Assembly (NCBI GenBank): GCA_963846045.1
Contig: CAWJUL010000008.1
Location: 41,334 to 105,333 of the forward strand
Direction of reading: 5' to 3'
From: Terriglobia bacterium
GTDB lineage: Bacteria; Acidobacteriota; Terriglobia; Bryobacterales; Bryobacteraceae
DNA length: 64,000 nt
In this document: positions 55,803 to 64,000 of the stretch, piece after piece
How the letters are laid out: the number at the start of each line of letters is the position of its first letter
Numbering within the stretch: the stretch's first letter is position 1
Notes under the pieces: generated by a model
The model's input: the letters and a program-made list of their open reading frames with translations, nothing else
The model's database searches: none
Told to the model about the DNA's origin: nothing
Program-made: the position numbers and the translations under genes

Positions 55803-56625
55803 GCTGCAACTCCCACTCAGGTGCGGGCAGCCCCGGCATTTCGTGCCGATACTCGCCGCGGAAGATTGCGGCGAACACGCCCAGCGTCTCCTGGTGGATG
55901 CGCCCGTTATCTGCCAGGAGGTATCGGCCGTGCAGGTCGAACGGCTCTCCTCCCATTCCCGACACTTGGCCGCCCGCTTCTTCCACCAGAAGAGTTCCTG
56001 CCGCCATGTCCCACGGATTCAGCCCGAACTCCCAAAAAGCTTCCAGCCGGCCGCACGCCGTATACGCAAGGTCGATAGCGGCGGACCCGCCCCGGCGCAC
56101 TCCATGCGTCAGCATCGCCAGTTGGTAATAGAAGTGGATGTTCACGTTTTGATGGCGCTTGCGGCTGGGGAAACCCGTCGCGACCAGCGAATCGTTCAAG
56201 CTCGGCGTCTTGCTCACCCGCATCGGCGCACCGTTCAATCGCGCGCCTCCGCCGCGTTCGGCTGCGAACAACTCACGATTCAGCGGATCGTAAACCACCC
56301 CGGCGATCACTTCGCCACGCTGCGCCAGCGCTAACGTCACGTTCCACATCGGGAAGCCGTGCGCGAAATTTGTGGTGCCATCCAGCGGATCTACATACCA
56401 CCGTAATTCCGCTTCCATCTCGGCTCTGCCGCCCTCTTCCGCAACAATTCCGTGGTTCGGAAACCGCTCACGCAGGCGCTTGATAACCAGTTGTTCGCTC
56501 GCCCGATCGGCCGCGGTCACCAGATCGAAATCACCCTTCAGTTCAAATCCGACACCGCGATGGGCCATCAACACCTGTCCCGCTTCGCGGGCGATCTCAA
56601 TCGCCGCGTCCACGTAATTGGCCAT
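55795..56625 (-). CDS. suhB: inositol monophosphatase family protein
   Basis: AEE, WYVDPLDGTTNF and WDMAAG motifs. Confidence 0.85.
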   Translation of the reverse strand: MANYVDAAIEIAREAGQVLMAHRGVGFELKGDFDLVTAADRASEQLVIKRLRERFPNHGIVAEEGGRAEMEAELRWYVDPLDGTTNFAHGFPMWNVTLALAQRGEVIAGVVYDPLNRELFAAERGGGARLNGAPMRVSKTPSLNDSLVATGFPSRKRHQNVNIHFYYQLAMLTHGVRRGGSAAIDLAYTACGRLEAFWEFGLNPWDMAAGTLLVEEAGGQVSGMGGEPFDLHGRYLLADNGRIHQETLGVFAAIFRGEYRHEMPGLPAPEWELQHG

Positions 56626-56631
56626 ATGCTT

Positions 56632-57653
56632 TCAGTTCAACATACGGCCGCGGCCGGTCGCTTTTATGGTTCGTAGTAGCCGCTGCGCGCCGAAATACGC
56701 ACCGGTTGGCTTCGGAACGTCTATCTTGATCGGGTGATAAGAGCGCGCCTGTTCTCGGACATCGTGCGGGTAGTAACCGAGCATGTACTGCGTCCTCAAC
56801 TCGCGCAAAATGTCGGCGAAGGATGCGTCCAGGCGATCGAATCCTTCGGGATAAAAAATCCGTCCGCCGGTCGATGCCGCTAGTGTGGCCAGAGCGTGCT
56901 CGCCGCCGGTGTTGCGTCCTGCATCGCCCTGGATCGGAATCACTACTACCGGATACATGACGACGTCGGCCCGTTGTGCCGCCGCCAACGCGTCGGGATA
57001 CTTTTTGTAGCTCGTTGTATCGCCGCCATCGGTCACAATCACCATCACGTGCCTTCCTTCGCGGTCTGCCAGGTTGTCGCTTGCCAGGTAGATCGCGTCA
57101 TAGAGCGAGGTTCCGCCTTCGCCGTGCAGCCCATGCAGCGCCCGTTCAGCTCGCTTCAGGCTGCGTGAGAAATCCGATTCCAAGTTCGTTCGCCAATTGA
57201 AGCTGAAAAGCGCAAATGTGTCGTCGGCATTTCCTGCGTTCAGAAGCGTAGGGACGAATCGCAGGACAGACTCAACTTCGTAGTGCAAATCCCTTTCGGT
57301 ACTGCCGCTCGTGTCGATCATCACAGCTACTGACAGGGGCAGGGATGTGTTGCGCTCAAACACTGCAATCTCTTGTGGCACGCCGCTATCCAACACGCGA
57401 AAGTCTTGCTTCTGAAGGTTCGTCAGCAGGTTGCCCGACCGAATCGCGCACAGAGACAAGCAGCCTGACTAAGTTGACCTTTACGGAAAAAGTCGGCGGT
57501 GTTGTTTGCTGCGGTGCGACGGGCGTTTCAGCCGTGTTCGGCGTCGGGACTTTGCGGTTGCGGATTCGCCGGCTTGAACTGGCCGCTCGCATACGCGGCG
57601 AAACACAATAACCCAAGTGCCGCGAATGCGGCAGCAGCGCTAACGCGCTTCAT
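56632..57653 (-). pseudogene. VWA-domain secreted protein, N-terminal region broken by two frame shifts
   Basis: MKRVSAAAAFAALGLLCFAAYA (signal) | ..TPPTFSVKVNLVRLLVSVRD | ..GNLLTNLQKQDFRVLDSG...MIDTSGS (MIDAS DxSxS)...VTDGGDT. Confidence 0.7.
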
Positions 57654-58365
57654 CCTGAATCGGAGTCGAAAGCAATCGTTCATCCCACTCGCCGTCCACC
57701 CACACGGCGCCATCCGCGAAGAACTCTTTCTTCCAGATCGGTACTTCTCGTTTCAGGCGGTTTATCGCTTCCAATGCCGCTTCGAACGCCGGTTTCCGAT
57801 GCGGCGCAGTCGCCACTACTGCCACGCTCGCCTCGCCCACCTGAAGGCGCCCTAATCTGTGTACGATTCCCAGCCGCCCGATTGCAAACTGTTGCGCGAT
57901 CTCACTGCCTATGCGTTTCATCTGCTCCAGCGCCATGGGCTCGTAGCATTCATATTCCAGGTGCGTGGTCCGACGGCCTTTCGTGTTGTTCCGAACCACC
58001 CCTTCGAAAACAACCACCGCGCCATCTTCGCCGCGCTGCAGTTCCGCTGCTAGCCGCTTCGAATCGATCGGCTCCCTGGTGATTGCAAACACAGGGTTGG
58101 CATTCAATTCGTGCGATCCCCCGCTGACCGGCGGCAGAAACGCGATCTCGTCATTTTCTGAGACGCTCGCCTGCCCGTTTGAAAAATCGCGATTCCTGGC
58201 AAACAAAATCGACGGACGCTTATCGCGCAAGGTTTCGAAACGCTCTGCGTATCGCTCGAAAATCGTTCCCAGCGTGGCTCCCGCCGGCACGTCGATCGTG
58301 TCTTCCGCCGTGCCCACAATGTCTTTCAGCACGCCGAAAAACAGCACAGTAACGCGCATGTCCAA
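57640..58365 (-). CDS. moaE: MoaD-MoaE fusion (molybdopterin synthase small sulfur-carrier subunit fused to the catalytic subunit; MoaX-like)
   Basis: The N-terminal 83 aa form a beta-grasp ending ..IAFLPPVSGG. This continues directly into MoaE (..VVVFEGVVRN...IVHRLGRLQVGEASVAVVATAPHR..IWKKE). Confidence 0.85.
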   Translation of the reverse strand: MDMRVTVLFFGVLKDIVGTAEDTIDVPAGATLGTIFERYAERFETLRDKRPSILFARNRDFSNGQASVSENDEIAFLPPVSGGSHELNANPVFAITREPIDSKRLAAELQRGEDGAVVVFEGVVRNNTKGRRTTHLEYECYEPMALEQMKRIGSEIAQQFAIGRLGIVHRLGRLQVGEASVAVVATAPHRKPAFEAALEAINRLKREVPIWKKEFFADGAVWVDGEWDERLLSTPIQDEAR

Positions 58366-58421
58366 ATCCTAGCAGTCAGTTTTCGCTCCGGCCCGTTATA
58401 TTCGGACAGGACATCAAACTC

Positions 58422-58871
58422 GTGGCGAACGACATGCCTCCCATTCGCAAACACGAATCCAGACTGCGGGTTCGTTATGCCGAAACGGACCAGATGGGCG
58501 TCGTTTATCACGCAAATTATCTCGTCTGGATGGAAATCGGCCGTGTTGAATACGTCCGCTCGCTCGGCATGAACTATAAGGATCTAGAACGCGAAGGGTT
58601 TTATCTCTCCGTCGTGGGCGTAAATTGCCGCTATCTCCGCCCGGCACTTTACGATCAGGAAATAATCGTCGGTACGCAATTGATCAATACCAATCCCCGA
58701 GTTGTCGAGTTCGGGTATGAGATTCGCCGCCAAGACGCCAAAGAACTGCTGGCCGAAGCTTCCAGCCGCCACCTGTGGCTCTCGCGGGATTGGCGGCCCA
58801 TCCGCCTCCCCATCGAGTACCAGCGCATTCTCTACGCCGGCGCGAACCAGAACGCAAGCATCGAAATATGA
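58422..58871 (+). CDS. YbgC/4HBT-family acyl-CoA thioesterase
   Basis: LRVRYAETDQMGVVYHANYLVWME. Confidence 0.85.
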   Translation: MANDMPPIRKHESRLRVRYAETDQMGVVYHANYLVWMEIGRVEYVRSLGMNYKDLEREGFYLSVVGVNCRYLRPALYDQEIIVGTQLINTNPRVVEFGYEIRRQDAKELLAEASSRHLWLSRDWRPIRLPIEYQRILYAGANQNASIEI

Positions 58872-59501
58872 TTCACGAGATTCTTCCCGTCGGGATGTTG
58901 CAGTGTAATTGCTCCATCTTCGGCGATGAGCAAAGCCGCGAAGCCATCGTCATCGACCCCGGCGCAGATGTCGAAAACATCACCGAGATCCTCGATCGGC
59001 ACCAGCTCAAAGTCAAAGCCATCATCATCACTCACGGCCACATCGATCACGTTGCCGGGGCGGGGAAGTTGCGCGCTTTGACCGGTGCCCCGGTCTACAT
59101 GAATGACCGCGACTTCGAACAGCTTGACCTTCTGCCAGTCCAGGCGGCTTGGCTTGGAACGGCGAAGCCGGACCGGCCCGATATCGACACGCCCGCTAAA
59201 GAGGGCACGATGGTTTCCCTCGGCGAGCGCAGAATTCCACGTGCTCGAAACCCCTGGCCACACGCAAGGCAGCGTCAGTATCTGGATTCCCCAGGAGAAC
59301 AAACTCGTGGCGGGCGATACGCTGTTCCGAGACTCAATCGGCCGCACAGATCTCCCCGGCGGCAATCCCCGCCAGATCCTGTCCTCGATAAAGACTCAGC
59401 TACTGCGTCTGCCCGGCGACGCCATCGTTTTCCCAGGGCACGGCGCTGCCACCACCATCGAACGGGAGAAAACGCGAAATCCGTTTCTGCGAAATATCTA
59501 A
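58868..59501 (+). pseudogene. MBL-fold metallo-hydrolase (glyoxalase II-like), one frame break
   Basis: ..VIDPG...IIITHGHIDH..MVSLG | (G)AEFHVLETPGHTQGS..GDTLF..GRTDLPGG...PGHG. An extra A at about 59226 would explain it. The ATG overlaps the upstream stop (ATGA). Confidence 0.8.
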
Positions 59502-59905
59502 CCGTCGTTTCCTGAACCGTCCCGCTTGCCTTCAAGCACGCTGCTGATCAGTTCCTTCGCATCCGTCAAACTCTTCGTGATCAGTTGAATGTCCATTGCG
59601 GGCTTGCCGAGTTGACGAACGCTCTGGCAATAAACACCGTGCTGCCCAACCAGTACCAGCGCGTCCGTTATGCAGTCCAGCGTGACCGCAAGTCTTCCGC
59701 GATCTCGCCCCAGCATGAACTCAAAGCGTTCCAGATCGTCCTTGCGCTCTTCGTAAACCGACATCTGCCCCAATTCTTGCACGCAGAACGCCGCCCGAAG
59801 AAGAGCATCGGCTAACGCCATTCGCTCTCCACCATGGCGTACGATAAGACCGTTATGGGCGGGGCCGCTTGCCGGCGATGTCCGCCAATCGCGAATGTCC
59901 ACCAT
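59498..59905 (-). CDS. hypothetical small helical protein (start probably at M29, 59821)
   Basis: The ORF fits exactly between two plus-strand genes. No motif is recognised. It could be spurious. Confidence 0.3.
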   Translation of the reverse strand: MVDIRDWRTSPASGPAHNGLIVRHGGERMALADALLRAAFCVQELGQMSVYEERKDDLERFEFMLGRDRGRLAVTLDCITDALVLVGQHGVYCQSVRQLGKPAMDIQLITKSLTDAKELISSVLEGKRDGSGNDG

Positions 59906-61050
59906 CCGCCTTCCTTCTTGGCCGCAAGCCGGCGAGCGCGAAGCCGAACTGCTTAAGAACGTCTTAGAAAGCCCGCAATGGGGCGGTTTCCACCCTTACA
60001 TCGCCGAATTCGAAGAAAGCTTTGCAGCCTTCCAGGGATGCCGTCACGGCATATCGACATTCAACGGAACCGTGAGTCTCGAACTCGCTCTATCGGTTCT
60101 CGGAATTGGGGAAGGCGATGAGGTCATTCTCCCCGCCATATCCTTCGTCTCGAGCGCAACAGCCGTCTCCCGCCTCGGCGCGATACCCGTTTTCGTCGAT
60201 GTCGAGGCCACCTCGTTCAATATCGATCCTGACCGGATACCGGAAGCTGTCTCGCCAAGAACGAAAGCCGTGATGGCCGTTCACTTCGGCGGGACGCCGT
60301 GCCGCATCGAAGAGATTGGTTCCATTTGCCGCGACAAGCGGATTGGTTCTCCTCGAGGACGCGGCTCACGCACAAGGGTCCGAGTGGAACCACAAACGTG
60401 CCGGAAGCTTCGGTCTCGCAGGCTCCTTCAGCTTTCAGAACGGAAAAGTGCTCACGGCGGGCGAAGGCGGTATTCTCACCACCTCAGATTCCGATTTTGC
60501 TGAGCGCGCGCGGTCTGTCGCAAACTGTGGCCGCGTTGTCGGGCGAAGCTTCTATGAACACCACCGGCTGGGCACGAACTTTCGCATGGGCGCATTCCAG
60601 GCGGCCGTGCTTCTCGCCCAAATGGAACGCCTGCCGGAGCAGATTGAGTTGCGTGCCGCAAACGCACAGCTCCTGAAAAGCCTGCTCGCAGACATTCCCG
60701 AGCTAAACTGGCAAGCTCAGCCGCCGCAAGTCACCCAAAACTCCTGGTACTTGCTGTTAGCTCGCATGCCCAGCCGCAAATTACGCGATAGTCTGCGTGA
60801 ATCGCTCGCTTCGGCCGGTGTCCCAAGCGCCTTTTACCCGCACACGCTCTATCAGAATCCGTTGTACAGAACCGCAACCTGCCGCGTCATGCCATGCCCC
60901 ATTGCAGAAGCGATGATCGCCGACTCCCTTTGGCTAGGCCACCGGGTGCTGCTCGCCGAGGAGGATTCCATTCGGCAGATCGCGGCGCTGGTCCGCAACA
61001 CCGTGCAGGAAACGCGGCCTACTGCTGTACCGGTTTCGTCTCGTCTGTAG
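59895..61050 (+). pseudogene. DegT/DnrJ/EryC1/StrS-family PLP aminotransferase, one frame break
   Basis: ..FEESFAAFQGCRHGISTFNGTVSLELAL...AVMAVHFGG.. | ..GLVLLEDAAHAQGS...FSFQNGKVLTAGEGG. The shift is at the T run 60325-60327. Confidence 0.8.
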
Positions 61051-61375
61051 ACGTGCTCGGAGCTTTCGCGTCCTCAGGCGTGAGATGCTGGCCGGTGGCC
61101 CGAAACTCAGTCGACCCCGGAACCACTTTTCCCAGGCGCTTCTCCACTTCCACCTGTTGCGTGCCTGGATCGCTCTTCAAACGCTCGATCCGCAGCCTCT
61201 TCTCTTCGATATCCCGCCGAAGATTCGCGTTCTGCTCCTCCAACATCCGAATCTCGTGCCGCTTTTCGCTCAAGGCGCTTAGGCCTTGCGGTCCGCGCAG
61301 CATGATGGTCGCGTAGGCGGCTAAACCGGCAAGTGCCGCGATCATTGCAACCGGTCTTAGGATGGAACGTAACAA
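61019..61375 (-). CDS. ftsB: FtsB/DivIC-family septum formation initiator
   Basis: N-terminal TM helix plus a leucine-zipper-like coiled coil (..IRMLEEQNANLRRDIEEKRLRIERLKSD). Confidence 0.7.
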   Translation of the reverse strand: MLRSILRPVAMIAALAGLAAYATIMLRGPQGLSALSEKRHEIRMLEEQNANLRRDIEEKRLRIERLKSDPGTQQVEVEKRLGKVVPGSTEFRATGQHLTPEDAKAPSTSTDETKPVQQ

Positions 61376-61446
61376 CAGGGAAGTAACTCCTACAATTCTT
61401 TATAAACTTGTTTGGCAGAAAGGTCTAGCTAAAACAGAATTTTCCG

Positions 61447-61789
61447 ATGCCCGATGCAGTGATTGTCTTCTCAACTTGTCCCACCCGGGACGAGGCATTG
61501 CGTATAGCCGCCGAAATTGTCGACCAGCAATTAGCGGCCTGCGTTCAGGTGCTTCCCGGTATCCGAAGCATCTACCGCTGGCAAGGCGCAATCGAGGACT
61601 CCGAAGAGGTTTTGATCCTCGATCAAGACCACTTCCGACCGGTTTTCCGCCCTTGAGAAGTGCGTCTCCGAGATGCACAGCTATGACACACCTGAGATCC
61701 TTGCTGTTCCCGTGGCGGCCGGGTCCGAGAAGTATCTGAACTGGCTGGGAGCGATGACGGCGGTTCCTCAAATAAACAAGCGAAGATAA
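61447..61789 (+). pseudogene. cutA: divalent-cation tolerance protein CutA, one frame break
   Basis: VFSTCP...A..IA..IV.QQLAACVQV.P.I.SIYRWQG.IE.SEEVLIL | IKTTSDRFSALEKCVSEMHSYDTPEILAV. An extra G at 61631 would explain the shift. Confidence 0.8.
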
Positions 61790-61800
61790 ACTAACCCACG

Positions 61801-62651
61801 ATGCTGGCCCTATTCATTGTTGCCGTTTTTTGCTCTTCAGCCAGTAAACGCCCAGGAACAACCTTCGCCGCCGAGCCCCGCACAACCTGGACAGCCTGAT
61901 AGCGCTACCACTCAGCCCAGTCCCTATGTCCAGCAACGCGAGCAGATGCTTGCGCCCGCCCTGGAAGCCATGAAGAACAGAGATTTCGAAGGCGCCTACA
62001 AAATCCTCCAGCCAATGGTCCAAACGTATCCGAAGGACGGTCGTGTTCTCCTGCTTGCCGGAAACGCGGCCAGAGCGTCCAAGCACTACGAAGACGCCCT
62101 CGCCGATTACCGGAACGCAACGGGCGCCCCGCACGACAACTGGTCTGCCGAATTTGGGCTCGTTCAGACGTATGCTGCGCTGGGCCGCTGGGATGATTTC
62201 GACTCATTGCGCGAAAAAATACGCACGGCAAAACAGAACAACGATCCGGCTCTGGCAAGAGTTCAAGGCTATGTGATCGACATCTTCTCCGTGGGAGACA
62301 AGCAGGTCACCGCCATGGAATTCCCAGCGCTCGCTGGGTCGCTTCCACACCCGCTATCGGTTTTTTCTCCCGGCTTCCGCGCCCGCGGATGCACAAGGGC
62401 AGGGCAACTGGACGCCCTTCATCGATGTGGAATCCGACGACATCGATCAAGTAGAGTTCAAGAAACGGCACCCCGAAGATGCCGCAGCGGGCAAACGCAG
62501 CTTCTCCATGGACGGCTATTTCGAACCGCGAACACACGCGACGTTGAAGTTCTACCCGGATGGGGAGCCTTCCTACCGGGAAGCCCGAGCCGATGTCACC
62601 GCCGATTTGAAGGGAAAGTTGGGTGCAATCACCAGCACTACTGCACACTAG
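61801..62651 (+). pseudogene. secreted TPR-like protein, at least 2-3 frame breaks
   Basis: MLALFIVAVF | ALQPVNAQEQ (shift inside the T6 run 61826-61831). The helical-repeat body follows (..YEDALADYRNA..). The C-terminus is recovered in ORF 62427-62651. Confidence 0.55.
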
Positions 62652-62663
62652 CAATGAGGCTCG

Positions 62664-63110
62664 CTATTTTTTGTCTTCTTTGATGATGCTAACGGACCCC
62701 AGACGCTCGAGAATCGCGTAGCGAATGCCTTGGAGTGTTCTGACGCCCTTGGCGCGCGCGGCCGCCATTACGTCGTCATCTGCGACTTTCATCTTGCTCA
62801 TCGTCTCGGTGCGCCAACGTCCTCTTTCCAAAAGCACTAGCGGAATCCCTTCAAATACCGCGCCAAGTACAGAAAATCGAACCGAAAGCGCTGAAACTAA
62901 CCTGTGAAGGAGGCCGATCACCATCACCGCGATCACCGAGTTCGTCTCTGATCGGTCGCTTCCAACTGTGGCGAGAATGATCACGCCGCCTATTAGGAAA
63001 ATCAACACAAATTCAAATGGGGTCATCTGCGCACCAGGGCGGCGCGTCAGAAGACGTACCGTGAACAGCAGCCAAAAGTAGCCGGATTACCGCGTGAATC
63101 ACTGTGTACA
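62664..63110 (-). pseudogene. DUF421 (YetF-like) membrane protein, frame break near the N-terminus
   Basis: MYTVIHAVI | (R)YFWLLFTVRLLTRRPGAQMTPFEFVLIFLIG...MKVADDDVMAAARAKGV..L..I.YAILE..G.VSII. Confidence 0.7.
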
Positions 63111-63140
63111 TGCTCTTTGTCTCCCGGCTCTTTGGCGACG

Positions 63141-63539
63141 TCACCGGAACGTATACAGAATGCCGTTTTCGCCAATCGTGGATCTCTCCGGCTCTGGAAC
63201 TACCTGGTTTCCCAGCGACTTGACCAGGCTTTCACTCACTGCGCTTTTCCGTTCTTCACGACCTCAGGTGAAAGCCGTAGGATCGAAGGCGCAGTAAATC
63301 GCTCCACTCGTTCGTAAGCGATATCTAGCGATCTGTCCGGTGCCACCCGATGGGCTTTGGCCAGCCAACCTCGTCCGAAAGCACCCAGCAAATCCGCAAT
63401 TATCAGCAGCAGAAAGAAGATCCAGATACACCTCTCGGCAACCCACCATTTGCGCTCGGAACTCGAGATCTTCGCCGACGGCGACTTCGTCGTTGATTTT
63501 CGAAACTGAATCGTCAACAGGCTTCGTTGAGGCTTGCAT
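63141..63539 (-). pseudogene. small hypothetical membrane protein, at least 2 frame breaks
   Basis: MQASTKPVDDSV..FRAQ | WWVAERCIWIFFLLLIIADLLGAF...EVVKNGKA | SESLVKSLGNQVV..ILYTFR. No family is recognised. Confidence 0.35.
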
Positions 63540-63545
63540 ATCTGC

Positions 63546-63995
63546 CTACTTCTCCTTTTCCGCGGGGATGATGCTGATTTCCCCGTTTCTTCGAGAAATG
63601 CGTAATCAATCTCATCCATTGTTTTAATCCCTTGGTCACGCGCCATTTGCATCACGTCGCCGGAAGCGATTCGCATCCGGCGCATGGTGTCCTTCCGCCA
63701 CTCTCCCTTCGAGTACAAGACCAGAGGGGTTCCATCAACTATGCGCCCAAACCACGGCGATACCTGCTTTAGGCGAGCGATTGCGTAGTGGGTTAGAGCT
63801 ATTGCCGTGATCGTGACCAGCGCGTTCGTCAGCGAAGGATGCGTCCCCAACCATCGGTGTCAGAGTTAATCCGCCCATGAAGAAGATCAGCACGAACTCA
63901 AACGGCGCCATCTGTTTGCCAGGACGGCGTCCGGCAATGCGCACCATAAGAACAAGAAACAAGTAGCCGAAAATTCCGCGCAGCCCGCCCGCCAT
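63546..63995 (-). pseudogene. second DUF421 (YetF-like) paralogue, at least 2 frame breaks
   Basis: MAGGLRGIFGYLFLVLMVRIAGRRPGKQMAPFEFVLIFFMGG.. | ..LTNALVTITAIAL...MRIASGDVMQMARDQGI..IDYAFLEETGK | ISIIPAEKEK. The last shift is at the A3/T3 run 63578-63580. Confidence 0.65.
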
Positions 63996-64000
63996 TTAAA

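Noticed and set aside
58366-58421. Moco riboswitch upstream of the moaD-moaE fusion.
   Set aside because: The divergent intergenic region is only 56 nt, too short for the ~130-nt Moco RNA motif.

Overview
This 64-kb window looks like a chromosomal segment with about 60 genes and roughly 90% coding density. GC is high (roughly 55-60% by eye, not computed). It is almost certainly from an Acidobacteriota (Terriglobia-like) genome. Supporting markers are an ADOP-type duplicated MacB-like permease, an exosortase/EpsI pair, a SpoIVB-like S55 peptidase, many signal-peptide Ig-like or beta-propeller proteins, an M56/BlaI pair and a sedolisin.

Gene order:
- partial thioesterase, GH1-like hydrolase, a decayed IS630 element, treZ and a glycogen debranching enzyme
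- DUF2059 protein and rsmE
- a tightly coupled operon of a TIM-barrel enzyme plus three SDRs, next to tRNA-Met(CAT)
- beta-propeller surface protein and S55 peptidase
- ADOP permease, then exosortase and EpsI
- a CysM / JAMM / CysO-MoeZ sulfur-carrier locus, then thiD
- a PP2C-led operon of three secreted proteins
- hydrolase, DinB, SDR and cytochrome P460
- porin, half-PBP and a hybrid histidine kinase
- M56 (BlaR1-like) peptidase and BlaI, then a GNAT
- a sedolisin fused to 14 tectonin repeats
- a radical-SAM plus DUF4130-UDG DNA-repair-like pair
- a LarA-like protein, an unknown protein and a DsbA-like protein
- a 16-kb stretch of housekeeping genes (GT39, AKR, HAD, punA, nupC, deoA, hemQ, suhB, VWA, moaD-moaE, thioesterase, MBL, DegT, ftsB, cutA, TPR, two DUF421)

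I saw no rRNA, CRISPR array, integrase or prophage.

Most notable observations:
- Two ubiquitin-like sulfur carriers carry their Gly-Gly motif internally in fusion proteins (CysO::MoeZ-rhodanese and MoaD::MoaE), and the window holds a single JAMM protease.
- The radical-SAM/UDG-like pair has no characterised function.
- An S53 peptidase is fused to a 14-blade tectonin lectin array.
- An uncharacterised operon of three secreted or anchored proteins is led by a PP2C phosphatase.
- An M56 signal peptidase has a (KLGxxQG)x7 heptad tail.

Caveat: single-base reading-frame breaks are extremely dense in 48-64 kb, where about 12 of about 21 genes are interrupted. They are rare elsewhere. Many sit at short homopolymers, so sequencing or assembly error is the leading explanation.

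All family assignments come from motif recognition by eye. No searches were run.
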